A stretch of DNA of 31,418 nucleotides from positions 1 through 31,418 of the IMG/VR virus record IMGVR_UViG_3300049173_000043; one strand, given 5' to 3'. A program made the translations under genes and the position numbers. The stretch comes from a virus. Its lineage: Duplodnaviria; Caudoviricetes. This document shows, piece by piece, positions 26,582 to 31,418 of the stretch. Position 1 is the stretch's first letter. Every line of letters starts with the position of its first letter. The notes under the pieces are model-generated. The model was not told where the DNA came from, ran no database searches, and saw nothing but the letters and a program-made list of their open reading frames with translations.

Positions 26582-26836
26582 CTACAGGTCGTCGCCGAGA
26601 ACCTCGCGGCGGGCGGCCAGCGCCTTGCGGTTGAGGGCGCCGGTCATGCGGAAGAGGGCGATGGTGAGGGCGATGAAGCCGAGAACGAGCATGCTGACGG
26701 TGATGACGCTGACGATGCGGATGTCCTGGGTGGCGGTAGCGATCATCAGCAGGATGGCGTTGCCGCAGATCCAGGCGAACCAGATGCGGAGCTTCTCGAC
26801 TCGGACGGCGCTCTGAATGTCTCGGTAGTTGCTCAT
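26582..26836 (-). CDS. Two-TM membrane protein (moron-like)
   Basis: 84 aa with two hydrophobic helices. Confidence 0.65.
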   Translation of the reverse strand: MSNYRDIQSAVRVEKLRIWFAWICGNAILLMIATATQDIRIVSVITVSMLVLGFIALTIALFRMTGALNRKALAARREVLGDDL

Positions 26837-26923
26837 CGTGCCCCCAAGGCGTTGTGGTGCTGAGGGGGCATCATGCCGCCGCGCGGGGGCGCCCGTACGG
26901 CCTGTGTCCGTCCTGTGACGTCG

Positions 26924-27133
26924 TCAGCGTCGGCGGGACTCGACGGCGAGGATCAGGCGAGTGAGGCGGGCCCGGTCGCGCACGGTGTCGGGGAGGTCGA
27001 GAGGGGGCGCCGCGCACGTCCCCTTCAGGCACGTGCTGTGTCCGTCGGAGACGAGGTGGACGTGCGCGCCTTGCCGGGCGAGCTGGTGGGCGGCGTCGGC
27101 GGCGCTGCGGGGCGCCTCAGACCGAGTGAGCAT
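26924..27133 (-). CDS. Hypothetical protein (69 aa)
   Basis: ATG after AGGAG; co-oriented with the operon. Confidence 0.55.
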   Translation of the reverse strand: MLTRSEAPRSAADAAHQLARQGAHVHLVSDGHSTCLKGTCAAPPLDLPDTVRDRARLTRLILAVESRRR

Positions 27134-27151
27134 CGCGGAGGCTCCTGCCTG

Positions 27152-27445
27152 TCAGCGGGCACGGCGTATCGGTGTCCGGCCCTTCCCTTTCCTGAGCACC
27201 CATAGGGCCAGTCGTGCACGTGACCGCATGGTGCGGAAGCGTCGTTCCGTGAGTCCGAAGACCCCGAGGACGTAGACGGCGATGTCTGCGTAGTCCATCT
27301 CGTGATGATGCTCGGCCAGCGCGTCCACGAAGGATGTGACGTCCCGGCCTGCCTTGCTGCGCCCTTCGAGCCGTGACTGCGCTTCGGCTTCGGCGCCAGC
27401 CGTCCACCATCTGTACTCCGGGGTGCCGCGCTTCGGGATCTCCAT
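27152..27445 (-). CDS. Hypothetical protein (97 aa)
   Basis: ATG after GGAGG; MEIPKRGTPEYRWW. Confidence 0.6.
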   Translation of the reverse strand: MEIPKRGTPEYRWWTAGAEAEAQSRLEGRSKAGRDVTSFVDALAEHHHEMDYADIAVYVLGVFGLTERRFRTMRSRARLALWVLRKGKGRTPIRRAR

Positions 27446-27517
27446 GGCGCCTCCGTTGGGTGGGCGGCGACGCGGTCAGGCTGCCCCTCGCCCGTGCCCT
27501 TCCGCACCGCCGCCGGG

Positions 27518-27563
27518 CACGACGAAGCCCCCAGGGTTCAGGTCACCTGGGGGCTTCGTCGTG
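27518..27563 (-). terminator. Strong hairpin at the head of the late operon
   Basis: 18-bp inverted repeat CACGACGAAGCCCCCAGG / CCTGGGGGCTTCGTCGTG with a 10-nt loop. Confidence 0.8.
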
Positions 27564-27604
27564 AGTGGTGTGGGGCCCGTGTGCGGGCATGGCTGTACGC
27601 GGAA

Positions 27605-27633
27605 AGCGTGACACTGCGTTGACCTGCGGTCAA
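27605..27633 (-). promoter_or_regulatory. Candidate late promoter
   Basis: Minus strand TTGACC-N17-CACGCT. The -35 is half of the palindrome TTGACC-tgc-GGTCAA (27619-27633). Confidence 0.5.
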
Positions 27634-27845
27634 GCGGACTTGATCAGCGGCCTGTTCGTGCGGCGTGTGAGGACGAGGGCGGTGACCTCGTCGACGGCGT
27701 ACCAGGGCTGTCCGACGGTGCCGCCGGAGCGGTGGAGGCGTCCGCGCCGGACGAGCTGGCGGACGCCTCCGAGGGTGATGCCGAGTTGCTGGGCGGTCTG
27801 GTGGGCGGTGAGGTGGCCGGGCCGAATGATCTGCGACTCCATCAC
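27630..27845 (-). CDS. MerR/Xis-like HTH DNA-binding protein
   Basis: LTAHQTAQQLGITLGGVRQLVRRGRL...WYAVDEV. Confidence 0.8.
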   Translation of the reverse strand: MMESQIIRPGHLTAHQTAQQLGITLGGVRQLVRRGRLHRSGGTVGQPWYAVDEVTALVLTRRTNRPLIKSA

Positions 27846-27866
27846 CCCAGTGTGCGACCCGCCCCG

Positions 27867-28352
27867 TCAGCCAAGGAAGCCAGGCGGCTCCTGCCTGTAG
27901 TTCTCCTCGGCCTGGTCGATCCCCTCGCAGTGGCACGGCTGGCCTTCAGCCTCCGAGGCGGGGCACTCCTCGTAGTGCTGCTCTGTCTGCGGGCGGGTCG
28001 ACATCCGGTACTCGCCGACCGGGAACTCGTCATCGACAGGCACCCACTGCGTGACGGTGACCTCGCGCTCCTCCACCTCCAGTCCCTCCACCGTGGCCGT
28101 GCGCCAGCCGTTGTTGTCCGGCATACCGGCGCCGACCTCGTAGTCACCAACGTCGATCGGGGCCTCGTAGCCGACGGCGTACGTCTTGCCGTCGTCGGGG
28201 GCGCGGAACACGCAGCTGCGCAGCGCCGTGTACTTCAGGATGCTGACTTGCTGGTCGCTGAGGACGTGCTCGTCGAACTCGATGTCATCGGGGTCGTCCG
28301 GCGGTACGCCGAGAGCGGCGAGTTCGTTGTGGGTGAAGTGTCGGGTGGGCAT
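27867..28352 (-). CDS. Acidic hypothetical phage protein (161 aa)
   Basis: MPTRHFTHNELAALGVPPD...; AAGGA RBS; C-terminal HYEECP..CHC. Confidence 0.65.
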   Translation of the reverse strand: MPTRHFTHNELAALGVPPDDPDDIEFDEHVLSDQQVSILKYTALRSCVFRAPDDGKTYAVGYEAPIDVGDYEVGAGMPDNNGWRTATVEGLEVEEREVTVTQWVPVDDEFPVGEYRMSTRPQTEQHYEECPASEAEGQPCHCEGIDQAEENYRQEPPGFLG

Positions 28353-28419
28353 GGGGTCATGGTCCTTTCTGAGTGACAACGGGGTGGGCCTTTCGCGCGC
28401 ACAGGGCCCGTTGGAGTGG

Positions 28420-28644
28420 TCAGCGGGCGCCGGCCTGGTGGGTGCGGCGCCAGGCGTTGTGGGCGCGGCGGCCGACGCGGAGCCGGAGCTTCTTGCCGAG
28501 GCAGCGCGGGCACATCTTCGTCTTGTCGCGGTGCTCGATCTCGCCGAGTCCGCCGCACCGTCGGCACGGGGCGAACGGTCGGACGGCGCACAGCACGGCG
28601 TACCCGCCGAGCCACAGGATGGCCGCGGCCATAGCAACCAGCAT
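28420..28644 (-). CDS. Membrane protein with DnaJ-type Zn finger (AICE tra-associated)
   Basis: N-terminal TM, CRRCGGLG...CPRCLG; GAGGAG RBS; just downstream of traB. Confidence 0.75.
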   Translation of the reverse strand: MLVAMAAAILWLGGYAVLCAVRPFAPCRRCGGLGEIEHRDKTKMCPRCLGKKLRLRVGRRAHNAWRRTHQAGAR

Positions 28645-28696
28645 GGGGTGTCTCCTCCTCGATTCCGGGCGTTTCCCGGGGTTCCAGCGGCGCCCC

Positions 28697-28782
28697 TGCT
28701 AGACGCTAGGTGCCTGCTCAGGGGCCATATGGGGCGCTAGTGGGGGTGCTAGACCTAGCGGGGCGGGGTGCTAGGTCTAGCG
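28697..28782. repeat. Candidate clt (cis-acting locus of transfer)
   Basis: Seven CTAG cores (28699, 28706, 28737, 28749, 28755, 28771, 28777) within (C/T)GCTAGNN 8-mers in both orientations, immediately 3' of traB. Confidence 0.65.
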
Positions 28783-28796
28783 GCCCTTTCGGGGGT

Positions 28797-30887
28797 CTAC
28801 GCGGCGAGCCGGTCGGCCTCGCGGCGGGTGACGGCGGCGACCACGTCGGCGCGCTTGATGCCGCGCCGGTTCTTGCCTTCGCCGTCGTCGGTGGTGCCCC
28901 ATACCTGGTCGGTCTTGATGCCCCACGCCTTGACGGTGGTGGTGACGTTCTCGCCCTTCCACTCCCCGTACACGTCGGGGCGCAGCTGGGCGAGGCGGTC
29001 GGCGAGCCGCTCGCACCACACGGCCTTCTCGTCCTTGGCCATGACGGCCAGGACGTCGCCGAGGATGTCCATGCCGACCGTGGCGGACGGGCCTTCGCCG
29101 AGGGCGTGGCCGGTGATGTTGCCGTACTCCTCGCGCATCTTCCTGGCGCGGGTGACGATCTGCTCGGCCTTGGGGGCGTCGACGAACGCGCTCGCGACGA
29201 TGCGGGGGTCGTCGCCCTCGCCGGACTGGAAGCAGATGCCGAGGTCGCGGCGGCTGAACATGGTCGCCCGGATCCCCGATTTGTAGGCGCCGGTGCCGAG
29301 GACCATGTCGTTGGCCTGGTGGTTCATCACCTTGAGGCAGAACCGCAGGACGGCGTTCGCGGAGATGCCGGTGGGCAGCGACTTGGAGTCGGGCCGCTGG
29401 GTGGCGAACATGCCTACGATGCCGAGGGCCGGGCCGCGCTTGGTGATGTCGGTGCAGATGCTCTCGATCTCGGCGCCGTGCTTCTCGTGCTCGAACACGA
29501 CCTGGCACTCGTCGATGCCGATGACGATGGGGTGCAGGCCGAGGCTCTTGTCGTTGGCCAGGGCCGGGGTGACCTTCGACTCGGGGCAGCGGGCGTGCGG
29601 CAGGCCCTTGATGACCTTCGCGCGGCGCCGCAGCTCCTCCTTGACCTCGCGGAGCGCGTGAAGGATGTACTCGATGTCCTCGTCCTCCTCGCCGGCGCGG
29701 TAGCGGTGGGCGACGGGTTCGAGGGCGCGGAGGTCGCCGGTGCCCTTCAGGTCGAACGGCAGCAGCCACGCCCGCGGGTCCAGTGCGGCGATGAGCAGCA
29801 GCAGCCTGAGCAGGAACGTCTTGCCCATGCGGGGGATGGATCCGATGACGATCGAGGCGAACATGAGGGTGACCTCGACCCACCGCATGCGCTGGTCGTT
29901 GCCGAAGATGACGGGCCGGAACAGGTCGACCTGCCCGTCCTTGAGCAGCGGCCAGGCGGGCTTGGTGGTCTCGTTCATCGGCTTGTCGCCGACCCACAGG
30001 ACCAGGCGGCCCTCGTGCTCGTTCTCGTCGCCGGAGGGCCAGACGCAGCCGACCTTGCGGCGCAGGCCGGAGGCGAGGGCCTCGCGCTTCTCCATGATGT
30101 CGTCGGGGGTGACGCCGTAGGGCAGGTCGAGGTCGGCACGGTAGCCGGGCCCGTCGCGGACGATCTCGCTGGTGAAGCGCATGCCGTCCATGTCGCCGCC
30201 CTTCTTGAGCGCGGCGGAGATCTTCGGGTTGCCGATGCTGTCGAGGCCGCGCAGCACGATGGTGCCGGTGAGCTTCTGCAGCTCGGTCCGCATCACCGCG
30301 GGGCCGATGACGGGGGCGTCGGGCTGCTGCCCGAAGTAGCCGAGGGTCATGACCCCGCCGGCGGCGAACGCCCACAGGAACGCGGGCGCCATGACGTACA
30401 GCCAGAGGGCGAAGCCGAGCCCGAACACGGTGGCGACGACCGTCACCAGGCCGCGCAGGCGGACACGGTTGCCGCGCAGGCGGGCGAGGTGCAGGTACTC
30501 CTCGACGTCCTCGGTGCGGACGGCGTGCCCGCGCAGGGGTGCGGCCTCGCGGTCCCACAGCCACCGGTTCGTCTCGGCGACGAAGCGGCAGGCGCCGCGC
30601 GGGGCCATGGCGGCGAGCTGTACTCCGTACCAGGGCAGGCGTACCCCGTGGTACAGGGAGGCGTACCCGAGGCGGCCACTGGCGTGGCGTGCCGTAGCGG
30701 CGAACTCGGTGCGGTCCTTCAGCCACGGGGGCAGGATCGGGCGCCGCTTCTCCTCCGTGACCCCCGGGGCGGGCAGCTTCGGATTGTCGACGGGTACGGC
30801 CGTACTCGGTGTACTCGGCTGCTCGGGTACGGCGGGTGCGGGCGTACTCGGCGGGGCGGGTGTCGGGGCGATGGTGGTGTCCGTCAT
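28797..30887 (-). CDS. traB: TraB-type FtsK/SpoIIIE conjugal DNA translocase
   Basis: N-terminal TM pair, Walker A GSIPRMGKT, DLKG, Walker B IVIGIDE, RGPALG..ATQRP, and a C-terminal wHTH-like domain; 696 aa. Confidence 0.88.
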   Translation of the reverse strand: MTDTTIAPTPAPPSTPAPAVPEQPSTPSTAVPVDNPKLPAPGVTEEKRRPILPPWLKDRTEFAATARHASGRLGYASLYHGVRLPWYGVQLAAMAPRGACRFVAETNRWLWDREAAPLRGHAVRTEDVEEYLHLARLRGNRVRLRGLVTVVATVFGLGFALWLYVMAPAFLWAFAAGGVMTLGYFGQQPDAPVIGPAVMRTELQKLTGTIVLRGLDSIGNPKISAALKKGGDMDGMRFTSEIVRDGPGYRADLDLPYGVTPDDIMEKREALASGLRRKVGCVWPSGDENEHEGRLVLWVGDKPMNETTKPAWPLLKDGQVDLFRPVIFGNDQRMRWVEVTLMFASIVIGSIPRMGKTFLLRLLLLIAALDPRAWLLPFDLKGTGDLRALEPVAHRYRAGEEDEDIEYILHALREVKEELRRRAKVIKGLPHARCPESKVTPALANDKSLGLHPIVIGIDECQVVFEHEKHGAEIESICTDITKRGPALGIVGMFATQRPDSKSLPTGISANAVLRFCLKVMNHQANDMVLGTGAYKSGIRATMFSRRDLGICFQSGEGDDPRIVASAFVDAPKAEQIVTRARKMREEYGNITGHALGEGPSATVGMDILGDVLAVMAKDEKAVWCERLADRLAQLRPDVYGEWKGENVTTTVKAWGIKTDQVWGTTDDGEGKNRRGIKRADVVAAVTRREADRLAA

Positions 30888-30924
30888 CCTGGCTTCTCCG
30901 GTCGTTCTTGAGGACGGTCGGGTG

Positions 30925-30968
30925 CACGGGGCGGCCGGGTGTACCTGGCCGGGTACGGCCGCCCCGTG
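30925..30968. promoter_or_regulatory. Hairpin upstream of traB
   Basis: 13-bp inverted repeat CACGGGGCGGCCG / CGGCCGCCCCGTG with GTAC sites in the inner region. Confidence 0.5.
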
Positions 30969-30974
30969 GCGTAC

Positions 30975-31157
30975 CTACTTCTTCTTGCGGCGGCGGGCGC
31001 CGTTCTCGATGCGTTCGATACGGCGGGTGAGGTCGCTGATGTCGACGTTGCCGGTGCCGTCGTCGGCCAGACCGCGCTTCGCGGCGCGGGCGGTCAGGGC
31101 GGCGATGCGAACCTTCTCGCCGGTGGTGAAGTCGCTGAAGCGGAGGTCGTCAGCCAC
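30975..31157 (-). CDS. Small hypothetical protein upstream of traB (60 aa)
   Basis: MADDLRFSDFTTGEKVRIAALTARAAKRG...RRRKKK; GGAGG RBS. Confidence 0.7.
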   Translation of the reverse strand: MADDLRFSDFTTGEKVRIAALTARAAKRGLADDGTGNVDISDLTRRIERIENGARRRKKK

Positions 31158-31359
31158 GGGTGTCCTCCGTCTCGGGAAGTACGGCGGCGATGGCGGCGTG
31201 GGCGCGGGCGACGTCCGCCCACAGGGCGCCGGCGGTGGCGAGGGGCTGCACCTTGCGCTCGCGGTCGGGGTGCCGGGCGGCGTCTTCGGCTTCGCGGGCG
31301 AGTCCGGCGGCCCTGGTGGTGGCTTCGTCGGCCATGGTCAGTCGCTGTTCGCGGGTCAC
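31150..31359 (-). CDS. Small hypothetical protein (69 aa)
   Basis: MTREQRLTMADEA...GALWADVARAHAAIA; AGGAGG RBS; overlaps the next gene. Confidence 0.65.
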   Translation of the reverse strand: MTREQRLTMADEATTRAAGLAREAEDAARHPDRERKVQPLATAGALWADVARAHAAIAAVLPETEDTRG

Positions 31360-31418
31360 GGGTTCCTCCTGGTCGGCGGGCCGGGGCTGTCCCGGCTCCC
31401 CTCACCGCCCGATACGGG

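Larger units (their letters stand above)
2216..31418. mobile_element. tRNA-Lys-integrated prophage carrying AICE-type conjugation genes (right end outside the window)
   Basis: Gene content switches from housekeeping to phage/mobile genes right after the tRNA. Full virion module plus TraB and a GntR Kor-like repressor. Integrase and second att not seen. Confidence 0.88.

Noticed and set aside
28697-28782. CRISPR array
   Set aside because: Repeats are 8-12 bp in mixed orientation with no regular spacers and no cas genes.
28797-30887. Chromosomal FtsK or type VII secretion EccC
   Set aside because: Single ATPase domain, AICE-like small neighbours and 3' repeats; no WXG100 or other T7SS genes in the window.
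2216-31418. Integrase, Rep, reverse transcriptase/DGR or recognisable defence genes
   Set aside because: No matching motifs seen in the window; integrase and replication genes are presumably beyond the right edge.

Overview
High-GC DNA that looks like Streptomyces. Bases 1-2215 are host chromosome: the 3' end of a probable DEAD-box helicase, an APC amino-acid permease and tRNA-Lys(UUU). Directly after the tRNA an integrated element begins and runs off the right edge. It carries an apparently complete siphovirus-type late region on the minus strand: HNH, a candidate cos, TerS/TerL, portal, HK97-type protease and capsid, neck, tail tube, a tail chaperone with a -1 frameshift (CCCAAAA), tape measure, tail tip, amidase-LysM endolysin, holins and a collagen-like protein. 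This block is bracketed by genes typical of Streptomyces conjugative elements (AICEs/plasmids). On the right is a TraB FtsK/SpoIIIE translocase followed by a CTAG-rich repeat cluster that looks like a clt transfer locus. On the left is a KorSA/TraR-like GntR repressor with operator-like repeats whose GTACTC core recurs at the 5' end of traB. The best reading is a phage-AICE hybrid that could spread both as a virion and by hyphal conjugation. Tandem BldD-box-like sites abut terS, hinting that virion production is tied to host development. No integrase or replication gene is in the window. All protein calls come from motifs and gene order by eye, not from database searches.
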